Source: an uncultured bacterium
GTDB lineage: Bacteria; Planctomycetota; UBA1135; UBA2386
Assembly: GCA_937906475.1 (NCBI GenBank)
Contig: CALCZA010000113.1
Location: 12,980-76,979, forward strand
Reading direction: 5' to 3'
Length of the DNA: 64,000 nucleotides
The notes under the pieces are model-generated. The model did not search any database and was not told the DNA's origin. It saw only the letters and a program-made list of their open reading frames with translations. Position 1 is the stretch's first letter. The number at the start of each line of letters is the position of its first letter. The position numbers and the translations under genes are program-made. Positions 1 through 9,094 of the stretch are shown here, piece after piece.

Positions 1-2989
1 GCAGGTAGGTCAGCGCGGCGAGGTTCGGGTCGGCGTTGCGCAGTTCGCCATCGTGGATGCGGGCCTTTAAAGTACTAAGGGTCAGGCGTTCGGCGTCGGC
101 TGTGAACGCTGTTTCGAAGGCTTCGAACGAGTGCCCAAACAGCGAGAACGAACCGCGGCCCAGCGTTCCGATTAGTTGGCCTCCGTAGTCGGTTACCGAG
201 CTTTCACTCAGCGTGACCAGGCCGTGTAGGTTGACCACCTTGATGCCATCGCCGCCGGTGCCGAACAGCATGTCGACCCCGTCGAGGCCGATACTGCCAT
301 TGAGGGTCGTCTCAAATGGGCTTTTGCTGTCGCCGGTTGGGATCGCGAATCGCAAGCGCAGGCCATCGACGTCTGCTTGGCCGCGCAGTTGCCGTTCGCG
401 CACGGCCTGCCGCAGCGGTCCGGAGAAAAGGTTGGCGAGGCCGTTGTCGACGGGGAAATCCTTGGCGTGCACTTCGAACGAGATCTCGGTGCGACCATCT
501 TCCTTTGGCAGTTGCCGCACGCGGCCATTGGCACAGTGCACGGTCGCCTTGCCGATTTCGCCGCGCAAATCACGGAACGTCAGTTCGCCGTTCTCGATGT
601 GCAGTTCACCGGTCATGTGCTCAGCCGGCTTAGGCAACATCGGTGCTTCTGAACGCACATCGACAAGCTGTACCACGACGGCGAGGTTGTCGTCCTTGGA
701 GATGCCGCTGCGCTCGCGCACCACCAGGTCAATGCGACCCGATGGCTTCAGCGACGACCACGTGGCGAAGTCGAGTGCGCCTAACTCGCCAAGGCTCTTG
801 CCCAATTGTTCGCACAGTTCCAGGTCGCGCACGACGAACGCGAGGTCGCGCACGACGTTCTCTCCGGACTCAATGTGGCCAAGCAGTGCGAGCTGTGCCG
901 GCTCGGCATTTGGGATTTCCAAGAGACCGCGCAGGGCATCAAAGTTGATGCGTGCCTGCGGCCCAGATCCCTGTACGAGAACTTGGCCATTCAGGCCGGT
1001 GGCGCGCCACGGCGCGACTGGCAGCAACAGGTCCACATCGTGCAGCGACAAGCGCACATCGTGGAATAGCGGGTTCTGCGACTGCGGTCGCCAGACCTTG
1101 ATCTCGCCTGATAGGCGCCCGGTGGGGGCGGTCTTACGCCACTGATCTTCGAGTTCGGGCACGACCATCGCGACGCCCTTGAGCAGGTCCTCATCGAGAA
1201 CCAATTGCTCGGCGGTGATCACCGCTTCGAAGCACTCGTTGACGGTGTGGTCTTGGCGCAGCGGAATGCGACCGCGCATCGTCAAACCGCCATCGCCGTG
1301 GCGACCGGTCAGGTCAAAGCGGGCATCGTTCTGGCGAACACGAATGCTGCCGCGCAGGCTGTCGAGGCTGTAGGGGAAGCCTTCCCAGCGCATCGCCGCA
1401 TCGCGCGGCTTGATCTCGACGAAGAACCCGCCAGGTAGTTCGCTCTTTGGTCGCACCAGGACGTCCACTTCGGCGCGGCCACTTGGCGCGAGCTTCTTGT
1501 AGAGCTCACCGTCGTCTTGCAGCAGGGTCGCGAGAGCCTCCGCCAAGTCATCCGTGAACTTGATGCTGTCGCCGTGGATGTCGAGGCTGGTGTTTTCGCC
1601 GGACGGTCGGCGCAAATCGATGCGACCCTCGAGCTTCACTTTGCCGCCGCCTGCGACCGCCGGAATCGAGGCCTTAACATCCTCGAACAGCAGCCACTTG
1701 TCGCGCAACCGGACGCGGCCACTCGCTTGTTCCATTGCCATCGGGAACCCGATGCGATCCGCTTTGTCACCGAAGCCGCGGAACGTCATCTTGACGCCGC
1801 GCATGGTGAGATCCATCTCGGCAATGCCGTTTGGGCTGGTCGGGTTCTTCAGGTAGAGGGCGATGTCGCCGCGGCCCGCCGTAGGGCGTAGCGCTTTGAC
1901 GAGTTCCTTGCCGATCGGGAACGCGCGCAGGGCGGCCAGTGAGTCGGCGTCGACGACGATGTTGCGCCCATCTGCTCGAAGGTCAAACGACAAGCCGCTG
2001 CCGCCATCGTCCTTGGTTGGGTTGTTGAAGCCGTTGAGGTTGGTGGTGATCGATAGCTGACCGGTGTCGTTGTTCTGTGCGATCGTGGCCCGCATGGAGC
2101 CTTCACCGCGGGTGTCGGCGAACAGCGTCAGGTTCGCGTGGCGCACGATTGCCGGCAGGTTCTCCTGATTGACATGTACGTCGGTGCATGTTGCCAGCAG
2201 TTGCAGCGATGGCTTTTGGTTGCTGGCCGACTTCGGTGGTATGGAGAACGTCAGGCTCAACGATTCGATTTCGCCACCGAGTTCGACTTCTTGGTTCTCG
2301 ACGTGGGCGAGCCTTGCCAAGTAGGCGACGACTTGCTGGCTGCACTGCACGCCCGTGGTCGTGACCGTCAGCTGGGCGGCCCCGGTTTCGATGTCAACTT
2401 CGCCGTTCACGGTCAGGCGCGCGGCCGGTTCGGTCAGGCTCAGTTCGCCGCGGACCTGCAGTTTGTTAGGGTCGCTTGCGAGTGGTTCCACGATTACGTT
2501 GATTTGGTCGCAGGTCAGCGGCCGTTCGTTTTCGCAAAGATGCACGAGGGCCTTCCCGGAGCGGATTTCAACCACCGGGACATCCTGATGCTGGCTTTTG
2601 GGCGTCGTCGCGTCCTCTGGAGCAAACAGGTCGCTGAGCGTCGGCCATACCGGTCCGCACTCGAGGTTGAGGCCTTCGATGATGACGTGTCGTAATTGCA
2701 CGCCGCTGCCGAATAAGTCGGGTTGCACATCGATATTTGCCGTCTCGATGTGCGCAAGTCTGCGGTCGGGGTAGGTCGGATCGACCACCTGGAAGTCGCG
2801 AATCTGCAAGCGACCGGCTTCGAGATTGATGCTCGTAGCGCCGATCTCGGTCGGCGCAGTGAATGCTCGTTTCAGCTGTCGGCGCACGAATTCGGTCGCT
2901 ACATCCGAGTTTTGTAGCAAAGCCCAAGTTGTGATTCCGAGAACGGAAACGAGAGCTATCGACAGCATCAGGATGCGGCGCCAGTTCAT
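1..2989 (-). CDS. AsmA/TamB-like large envelope protein with N-terminal membrane anchor; partial, C-terminus lies left of the window
   Basis: Absent from the ORF track because it runs off the left edge. An ATG (cat at 2987-2989) opens the one minus frame with no listed sub-ORFs across 1-2989; listed minus ORFs there are all in the other two frames. My own translation begins MNWRRILMLSIALVSVLGITTWALL (TM anchor), followed by a long beta-rich soluble region. The family call is by resemblance only. Confidence 0.5.
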   Translation of the reverse strand, partial: MNWRRILMLSIALVSVLGITTWALLQNSDVATEFVRRQLKRAFTAPTEIGATSINLEAGRLQIRDFQVVDPTYPDRRLAHIETANIDVQPDLFGSGVQLRHVIIEGLNLECGPVWPTLSDLFAPEDATTPKSQHQDVPVVEIRSGKALVHLCENERPLTCDQINVIVEPLASDPNKLQVRGELSLTEPAARLTVNGEVDIETGAAQLTVTTTGVQCSQQVVAYLARLAHVENQEVELGGEIESLSLTFSIPPKSASNQKPSLQLLATCTDVHVNQENLPAIVRHANLTLFADTRGEGSMRATIAQNNDTGQLSITTNLNGFNNPTKDDGGSGLSFDLRADGRNIVVDADSLAALRAFPIGKELVKALRPTAGRGDIALYLKNPTSPNGIAEMDLTMRGVKMTFRGFGDKADRIGFPMAMEQASGRVRLRDKWLLFEDVKASIPAVAGGGKVKLEGRIDLRRPSGENTSLDIHGDSIKFTDDLAEALATLLQDDGELYKKLAPSGRAEVDVLVRPKSELPGGFFVEIKPRDAAMRWEGFPYSLDSLRGSIRVRQNDARFDLTGRHGDGGLTMRGRIPLRQDHTVNECFEAVITAEQLVLDEDLLKGVAMVVPELEDQWRKTAPTGRLSGEIKVWRPQSQNPLFHDVRLSLHDVDLLLPVAPWRATGLNGQVLVQGSGPQARINFDALRGLLEIPNAEPAQLALLGHIESGENVVRDLAFVVRDLELCEQLGKSLGELGALDFATWSSLKPSGRIDLVVRERSGISKDDNLAVVVQLVDVRSEAPMLPKPAEHMTGELHIENGELTFRDLRGEIGKATVHCANGRVRQLPKEDGRTEISFEVHAKDFPVDNGLANLFSGPLRQAVRERQLRGQADVDGLRLRFAIPTGDSKSPFETTLNGSIGLDGVDMLFGTGGDGIKVVNLHGLVTLSESSVTDYGGQLIGTLGRGSFSLFGHSFEAFETAFTADAERLTLSTLKARIHDGELRNADPNLAALTYL

Positions 2990-3242
2990 GCGGCGTTCAG
3001 TCTAGCCGATGTTGGTAGTTGCTTGATACGTTGATGACGACGTTCCCGAACTCGTTGTTTCGGCCCGTTCTACGCCGTTTGCGGCAGATCCCGAGGATTG
3101 GGTCGAAACGGCCGAAAGGAAGCTGAATTCGAAGGTTCCACGCAAGCGTGCCTACCAAGCGAATGTTGTGCCACTGCCGATTGTCGAGTTCGCAAACGTC
3201 CAGAACGGGCTTCAAAACGCAGTTTCCCTATCGTTTTTGTTG

Positions 3243-3271
3243 TTGACAGTCGCGCGAATGCCGTCAAACTT
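3243..3271 (+). promoter_or_regulatory. Possible sigma70-type promoter for the histone-fold gene
   Basis: Perfect -35 hexamer TTGACA at 3243-3248. Only a weak -10 candidate (cAAAcT / AAACTT) lies 16-17 nt downstream, about 75 nt upstream of the ATG at 3345. Confidence 0.2.
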
Positions 3272-3344
3272 CCGCCTGCTCGCTGGGGGGCACGGCACTT
3301 CGTCGTGACCGGGCGAGCAAGATCCTTAGAAAGCAGAGATTCAA

Positions 3345-3563
3345 ATGGCTGCCAAGAAGAAGACAAAGAAGAAGGCCGCGAAGGCGAAGGGCCCGGTTGA
3401 GTTGATCATTTCGAAGTCGCGCACCAAGGGCGCGGTTAAGAAGTCGAACGTCTCCTCCGAGTTCTACGGCGCTCTCGACCAAGCTGTTCGCGGGATGATC
3501 GCGGGCGCAGAAGGCCGCGCTTCGGCCAACGGCCGCAAGACGCTCCGTCCGCAAGACCTGTAA
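3345..3563 (+). CDS. Small bacterial histone-fold (DUF1931 / Bdellovibrio-type histone-like) protein with a Lys/Ala-rich N-terminal tail
   Basis: A 72-aa ORF with high GC3. The tail is MAAKKKTKKKAAKAKGP. The C-terminal half, NVSSEFYGALDQAVRGMIAGAEGRASANGRKTLRPQDL, fits histone-fold alpha2-L2-start of alpha3. It carries the RKT(V/I/L)xxxD(I/L) signature. A strong terminator follows. Confidence 0.7.
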   Translation: MAAKKKTKKKAAKAKGPVELIISKSRTKGAVKKSNVSSEFYGALDQAVRGMIAGAEGRASANGRKTLRPQDL

Positions 3564-3653
3564 GCTTCGGCTTACGAGTTGGATCAACTGGCCTAGCCAG
3601 GTGATCTGACAAGGCTGAAGGGAGTTCGCTCCCTGGTCAATCAGCTCGCAACG

Positions 3654-3697
3654 CGACCCGAACATCTCACTGAGGTGTTCGGGTCGTGTTCGTTTGT
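3654..3697 (+). terminator. Rho-independent terminator after the histone-fold gene
   Basis: Perfect 11-bp stem CGACCCGAACA / TGTTCGGGTCG (3654-3664 / 3676-3686), followed by the T-rich tract TGTTCGTTTGT. Confidence 0.7.
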
Positions 3698-3752
3698 AGC
3701 TGAGCCTTGAGGATGCGCGCGCGCTACGCCTCGTCGCCTACGTGCTCGTCGC

Positions 3753-4538
3753 CTAGGTCTGGTCGCCGAGGTCGCTTTCGACCTTCAGCCGGGCAAACGC
3801 CGCTCGCTCTGCTTCGATCAGCTTGGTCCGGAGCTCTTCCGAAACCGCTTCCATCGTCGCGTCATCAGTGTCCTTGTCGATCGTCATTGGGTCGCCGTAG
3901 TGCACGATCACTCGCGCGAACAGCTTGGGGATGCACATGCGATCCCAGCTCTTGAAGCGCCACGCTCGGCTCATCGCAGTCGATACTGGGATGATCGGTA
4001 CGCCCGTCGCGCGCGCTAGCCACGCTGCACCGGTATTGATGCTGTGCCGTGGCCCTCGCGGCCCATCGGGGGTGATCACCAGTTGGCCGTCCGCCGTCAG
4101 CAATTCGTGCATTTCCCGCATCGCCGTCGCGCCACGCTTGCTCATCGAGCCACGCACGACCCGGTAGCCGAACTTGTTGAGCGCGCGCTTCGCAAGCCCG
4201 CCGTCATCGCTGGGCGACACCAGCACCCCGATGTTGCGGCGGCAGTGGAGCTTGATCGGCATCAGCGCGAGCATGCGGCCGTGCCACATCGTGCAAACCC
4301 ACGGCCGCTCGCTAGCCAGTAGCTCAAGGCCTGCGTCACCGGTGCGTTTGATGCGCCAAGTTCGTGCGATCAGCCACAAAATTAACGGGGCCAGGGACTC
4401 GACCAGTACGGTTCCGAGCCGTCGCCGAAAGCGCCGAAATCGGCTGCGACCGGCCTTATTCCTACCTTGGGCCTCGCGTTCGGCGGTCCATTTCGCGACC
4501 ACTTCACGTCGAGCCTGCCTTTGCTCGCGTGCATCCAC
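3753..4538 (-). CDS. DUF374-family (lysophospholipid acyltransferase-like) protein
   Basis: 261 aa. Core segments GVLVSPSDDGGLAKRALNKFGYRVVRGS and LVITPDGPRGPR, plus one N-terminal TM, resemble DUF374 proteins commonly linked to Kdo/LPS genes. Confidence 0.7.
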   Translation of the reverse strand: MDAREQRQARREVVAKWTAEREAQGRNKAGRSRFRRFRRRLGTVLVESLAPLILWLIARTWRIKRTGDAGLELLASERPWVCTMWHGRMLALMPIKLHCRRNIGVLVSPSDDGGLAKRALNKFGYRVVRGSMSKRGATAMREMHELLTADGQLVITPDGPRGPRHSINTGAAWLARATGVPIIPVSTAMSRAWRFKSWDRMCIPKLFARVIVHYGDPMTIDKDTDDATMEAVSEELRTKLIEAERAAFARLKVESDLGDQT

Positions 4539-4556
4539 AGATAGCCAGCATGAAGG

Positions 4557-5144
4557 ATGGCCGGTGTCGGCGTAGTAAGGAATGGCAGGTTTCTGCTACA
4601 AACTCGGCCACGTTTCCCGACCCAATCGCGCATGCAATCCCGTTCCTCGTCGGCAGTCGCCGCTACGCCCGATCAGTTGGCCGCAGTTGATGCGGCGATC
4701 TCCCGACTCGCCACCATGCGTGGCGCGTGCTTGCCAATGATGCACGCGATCCAAGCAGAACTTGGGTTCGTGCCTCATGAAGCAGTCCAACGCATCGCCG
4801 ACTCGCTCAATCTGTCGCGCGCCGATGTGCATGGCGTGCTGACTTACTACCACGACTTCCGCTCGGAGGCTCCGGGTTGCCACGTGCTCAAGGTTTGCCG
4901 CGCCGAGTCGTGTCAGGCGATGGGTAGCGAGAAACTTGAGGACCACCTGTGTGAGAAGCACGGAGTCGCGATGGGGGAGACCTGCGCCGACGGCGAAGTG
5001 ACGGTCGAGCCGGTCTATTGCCTCGGCAACTGCGCGCTATCACCAGCGGTGATGCTAGACGGCAAGGTCTACGGCCGGGTTAGTGCGGAGCGCTTGGATG
5101 CCCTGTTGCAGCGAGCCAAGAAGAGCACCGGAGGCCAGTCGTGA
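4557..5144 (+). CDS. fdsG: NAD-dependent formate dehydrogenase gamma subunit (NuoE-like [2Fe-2S] protein)
   Basis: Thioredoxin-like 2Fe-2S Cys pattern VCRAESCQAMG ... YCLGNCALSP. A 4-nt overlap links it to the downstream NuoF-like gene. The true start may be the ATG at 4632 (MQSRSS...). Confidence 0.8.
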   Translation: MAGVGVVRNGRFLLQTRPRFPTQSRMQSRSSSAVAATPDQLAAVDAAISRLATMRGACLPMMHAIQAELGFVPHEAVQRIADSLNLSRADVHGVLTYYHDFRSEAPGCHVLKVCRAESCQAMGSEKLEDHLCEKHGVAMGETCADGEVTVEPVYCLGNCALSPAVMLDGKVYGRVSAERLDALLQRAKKSTGGQS

Positions 5145-6679
5145 GCGTCACCATCTACGTGCCGTGCGACAGTGCAGCGTTGTCCCTCGGCGCCAATGAA
5201 GTCGCCGACGCTGTTGTTCGCGAAGCCGGTTCCCGCAACCTCGAAGTGCAATTGGTGCGCAATGGCTCGCGCGGCATGTTGTGGCTCGAGACGATGCTCG
5301 AAGTTGCGACCGATGCCGGCCGCATTGCTTATGGGCCGGTCACCGAAGGCGACGTCGCCAGTCTGTTCGACGCCGATGTGATGGCCGGCGGCGAGCACGC
5401 GCTGCGTCTCGGCAAGACCGACGACCTGCCGTGGATGCAAAAGCAGACGCGGTTGACGTTCGCGCGCGTTGGCGTGACGGATCCGGTCAGCCTCGACGAC
5501 TACAGCGAACACGGTGGTCTGGTTGGCCTGAAGAAGGCGCTGACCATGGAACCTTCGGCCATCGTCGAAGCAGTGGTTGCGTCCGGTTTGCGCGGTCGCG
5601 GCGGTGCTGGCTTCCCAGCTGGCATTAAGTGGCGCACGGTGCTCGGTGCTGCAGCGGACCAGAAATACATTGCGTGCAACGCCGACGAAGGCGATTCGGG
5701 CACGTTCTCCGATCGCATGATCATGGAGGGCGATCCCTACGTGCTGCTCGAAGGCATGGTGATCGCCGGCCTCGCCGTTGACGCGACCGAGGGCTACATC
5801 TACCTGCGCTCTGAGTATCCCGATGCGTACGTCGTGCTGACGTCCGCGATTGAGCGGGCGCGCGCCGCTGGCTGGCTCGGCAGTGACGTGCTCGGTTCTG
5901 GCAAGGCGTTCGACGTGCATGTTCGTCTCGGTGCTGGCAGCTACGTCTGCGGCGAAGAGACGGCAATGCTCGAAAGCCTCGAAGGCAAGCGCGGCATCGT
6001 GCGCGCCAAGCCGCCGTTGCCGGCGTTGGAAGGTCTGTGGGGTAAACCGACCGTCGTCAATAACGTCATGACGCTGGCCGCCATACCGTACATTCTCGAT
6101 CAAGGTGGCGAAGCCTACGCGGCCTACGGCACTGGCCGCAGTCTTGGCACGCTGCCCTACCAACTGGCTGGCAACATCAAGCAAGGCGGTTTGGTCGAGG
6201 TGCCACTCGGCGTCACTATTCGCGAACTGCTCTACGACTTCGGTGGTGGTTCGGCGACCGGTCGCCCGATTCGTGCGATCCAGGTTGGTGGCCCGTTGGG
6301 TGCCTATCTGCCTGAATCGAAGTTCGACACGCCGGCGGACTATGAATCCCTGTCAGCGGCCGGCGGGCTGTTGGGCCACGGCGGCATCGTTGCGTTCGAC
6401 GACACCGTCGACATGTCGAAGATGGCGCGCTACGCGATGGAGTTCTGTGCGATCGAATCGTGCGGCAAGTGCACGCCGTGCCGGATCGGCAGCACCCGCG
6501 GCGTCGAAGTCGTCGACCGTTTGGTCGAAGGCAAGAACCGCAAGAAGGACGAGGCGCTGCTGCGCGACCTGTGTGACACGCTGACCAGTGCGTCGTTGTG
6601 TGCCATGGGCGGCTTGACCCCGCTGCCGGTTCTGAGCGCGCTCGACCACTTCCCGGAAGACTTCGCTAAGTCCGAGTAG
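5141..6679 (+). CDS. fdsB: NAD-dependent formate dehydrogenase beta subunit (NuoF-like, FMN/NAD-binding, 4Fe-4S)
   Basis: 512 aa. Motifs: GLRGRGGAGFPAGIKW (FMN/NADH site), CNADEGDSGTF and ESCGKCTPCRIG (4Fe-4S). It has the N-terminal thioredoxin-like extension typical of FdsB. Confidence 0.85.
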   Translation: MSVTIYVPCDSAALSLGANEVADAVVREAGSRNLEVQLVRNGSRGMLWLETMLEVATDAGRIAYGPVTEGDVASLFDADVMAGGEHALRLGKTDDLPWMQKQTRLTFARVGVTDPVSLDDYSEHGGLVGLKKALTMEPSAIVEAVVASGLRGRGGAGFPAGIKWRTVLGAAADQKYIACNADEGDSGTFSDRMIMEGDPYVLLEGMVIAGLAVDATEGYIYLRSEYPDAYVVLTSAIERARAAGWLGSDVLGSGKAFDVHVRLGAGSYVCGEETAMLESLEGKRGIVRAKPPLPALEGLWGKPTVVNNVMTLAAIPYILDQGGEAYAAYGTGRSLGTLPYQLAGNIKQGGLVEVPLGVTIRELLYDFGGGSATGRPIRAIQVGGPLGAYLPESKFDTPADYESLSAAGGLLGHGGIVAFDDTVDMSKMARYAMEFCAIESCGKCTPCRIGSTRGVEVVDRLVEGKNRKKDEALLRDLCDTLTSASLCAMGGLTPLPVLSALDHFPEDFAKSE

Positions 6680-6869
6680 CGGACCTTGTGGGGAGAGGGG
6701 CGGGCCCCACGGCAATGGTAGTGTCGGAGATCATCCTGCAACCCGCGCGCGGCATCCGGGGGTTCGGCCAGAAGCGCATCCGATAACCCGTCAAGGCATT
6801 GCCTGAGTGGGCGGTTGACGAATTGGGAGATCTTGTTGCCAGGCCACAGCAAGTGGTCGGGCAGCTTCG

Positions 6870-8753
6870 CTACTTGCCGGCAGCGTTCTTGAGTCGTTCG
6901 CGCCACTCCGTCTCTATCGTGCGCACTCGTTCGTGTGTTAACGGGGTTGCCCGCTGGCGCACTGTGCTCTTGCCATTCTTGACGGTTACATTCGGATCGA
7001 AGGCATTGATGTAGTCCGCTGGGGCACGACGGTCGTGGGCCATGAACCTCATCGTTGCAAACGTCGGCGCGATCTTCTCGACCTCGTGCTTTGACAGCGC
7101 GTCGTCGTCTTCCAGCGCGAACAGTAGGAGAAGAAACTCGGCGACATCGATGGTGTCCTTTTCGGCAGTGTTCGGCAGTGTTCCGAACGCCACGCGCAAC
7201 TCTTCGCGAGTTGTGCGCGTGTCGCCGTTCGCATCGGCACGGGCCAGCAAGGTCACTAGGATTTCTTCGGGGATGACCCATGACCCGCGTTCGATCGGTG
7301 TGCGGGCCGCGACATAGTCGTTGAGTCCGAGGCGGTCGATGATGGCGTAGTCAGGCAGTGCCCAGCCTGCGTATCCGACTCCCGTGAAGACCGCGACGGG
7401 CCGATCGTTGGGGTCTACCTCGGTGCGTTGACGCGCCGGGAGTTGCCTTTTTTCGCCTTCGAGGAACATCGCGTGCAAGTGACGCCTGCCGCACAGCACC
7501 TGGATTTGCAGCCACGCCATTGTGCGGTCGTGCCAACGCCATGCCGGCTGTAGCCAACTCGGCATCTTGGGATGCAATGGTTGGTAGAAGACCGTGAATT
7601 TGGGCTCGGTTAAAGCAAGGTGAACCCAGCCAACAGTGCTCGCAAGCCCGAGGGACAGTGTGCAGACGATGGGCAGTAGTGAGCCGCTGCGGATACGCGT
7701 GGCCATGGCCGCAGCCGACAGTGCGCCCAGCGGGATCAACTGACTGAGCACGCGGAACCCAAAGGGATCGCCGCCGACGCGCAATGTGTAGTAGGCAGTG
7801 TGACCGAGCGTCGCCGTGACCGCGGCGACCGCGGGGATGTGACCCAGTAGCGGACGAATGCAAGCCAGGCGCTGCCGCATGATTTCGACCACGACCCATA
7901 CCGCCGCGAGTGGCGCCCACAGCCAGCCAGCGTTCTCGAAGCAGAAGCAGGCGAGGTAGCGCACGCCCGCTTCTGGCCAGGGAGTAGAGACCTTTGCGTA
8001 GTAGGTGTTGGGCAGGAACTCGCCGTAGAACCAGCGGTGCCACAGCAGGTGTGTAGCGACGGCCAGTAGTGGCGTGAGTGCCAGCAATGCTGTTCGGAGT
8101 TTCAGATTACGTGCAACGACCGCCCATCCGGTCGCGCCGATGGTCGCTGCTACAAGGAGTAGGCCATCGGGCCTCGCCAGGGCTGCGAACGCGGCTGCCG
8201 TGGCCCATGCCACAAGCCATCGCGTTGTGCGTCGTTCTTGCCCGCGGAAGGCCATGACAACCCAAGTCACAAAGCAGAGGCCGAATAGCGAGGTGCCAAG
8301 GCCGCCGGTTGTCCACTGCAAGAACGTTCGATTGCTGACTACCGCGGCCAGTGTGCAAAGCACGGCCAGATGCGAAAGGCGTTTGCCGTGCCGGCCTTCG
8401 ATGCGAAAGGCGGTGAACGCAACCACCGCAAACAATGCCAGTCCGTAGAGGATGGAGATCGCGTTCGCGGACTGCGGCGGTTCGACGCCGAACCAACTCA
8501 GGGCTGCCCAAAGTGATGCTGCCCACAAGAAGCTTGAGTAGCCTTCGACTGGTTTAAAAGGCGGTTGGTTCCAGACGAGGCCGAGCCCGTCGTGGGCGTT
8601 GGAGACATACCGAAAGGTGATGTACGCATCGTCAGTAATTAGCGCGAGTTGCAGCGCACCGATTACGAAGATCGCACCAAGCCCGACCAGCATGGCGGCG
8701 CGGATCATCCTGTCCTTTGACGAAGGCCGCAGCGCAGTGGTGCCTTTTTTCAT
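6870..8753 (-). CDS. Polytopic GT-C-like (ArnT/PMT-like) membrane protein with a C-terminal soluble domain carrying an EF-hand pair
   Basis: 627 aa with about 11 or more hydrophobic helices. Acidic first-loop motif LITDDAYITFRYV. In the C-terminal domain, DANGDTRTTREE matches the 12-residue EF-hand loop (D1, N3, D5, E12). A degenerate second loop, EDDDALSKHEVE, lies 30 aa later. Confidence 0.55.
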   Translation of the reverse strand: MKKGTTALRPSSKDRMIRAAMLVGLGAIFVIGALQLALITDDAYITFRYVSNAHDGLGLVWNQPPFKPVEGYSSFLWAASLWAALSWFGVEPPQSANAISILYGLALFAVVAFTAFRIEGRHGKRLSHLAVLCTLAAVVSNRTFLQWTTGGLGTSLFGLCFVTWVVMAFRGQERRTTRWLVAWATAAAFAALARPDGLLLVAATIGATGWAVVARNLKLRTALLALTPLLAVATHLLWHRWFYGEFLPNTYYAKVSTPWPEAGVRYLACFCFENAGWLWAPLAAVWVVVEIMRQRLACIRPLLGHIPAVAAVTATLGHTAYYTLRVGGDPFGFRVLSQLIPLGALSAAAMATRIRSGSLLPIVCTLSLGLASTVGWVHLALTEPKFTVFYQPLHPKMPSWLQPAWRWHDRTMAWLQIQVLCGRRHLHAMFLEGEKRQLPARQRTEVDPNDRPVAVFTGVGYAGWALPDYAIIDRLGLNDYVAARTPIERGSWVIPEEILVTLLARADANGDTRTTREELRVAFGTLPNTAEKDTIDVAEFLLLLFALEDDDALSKHEVEKIAPTFATMRFMAHDRRAPADYINAFDPNVTVKNGKSTVRQRATPLTHERVRTIETEWRERLKNAAGK

Positions 8754-8919
8754 ATGCTTCGTGACACACTCAGTGCGTGAATACTAATCGCTGACGAGGC
8801 TGGCGACGTCCCAAGATGTGGTCAATGCGAGCAAATGAAGCGTTGGCCTGTGGCCGATAGCATGGGTGGTTCGCGACGTGTTTGTAGGTTAGGGCTGTCG
8901 TGAGTTCGATCGTGCCTTT

Positions 8920-8946
8920 CGTGGGCACTCGATTGGCGTGCCCACG
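8920..8946. repeat. Perfect 9-bp inverted repeat CGTGGGCAC-N9-GTGCCCACG in the divergent region upstream of fdsA
   Basis: Read directly: cgtgggcac (8920-8928), tcgattggc, gtgcccacg (8938-8946). A partial third copy (gtgcc) sits at 8912-8916. It could be an operator or an RNA hairpin. Confidence 0.6.
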
Positions 8947-9094
8947 AATTGCTGATCCTGGGGCGCGAATCCCGAACTTGCTCCGGCAGCCCACACGGCC
9001 GTCGATGGCTGCCAAATGGCCATTTACCGGCCGGTTTGGTTCGGTCAGGTGCCACGGCATCGCCTTCCCGACTTGACGCGATGGCCCGGACAAA

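Noticed and set aside
5069-6184. 371-aa minus-strand ORF inside fdsB, with similar long antisense ORFs at 9641-10366 and 11458-12204 inside fdsA.
   Set aside because: It is fully antisense to genes with unmistakable motifs. The translations are Arg/Ala/His-rich low-complexity, typical of GC-rich shadow ORFs.
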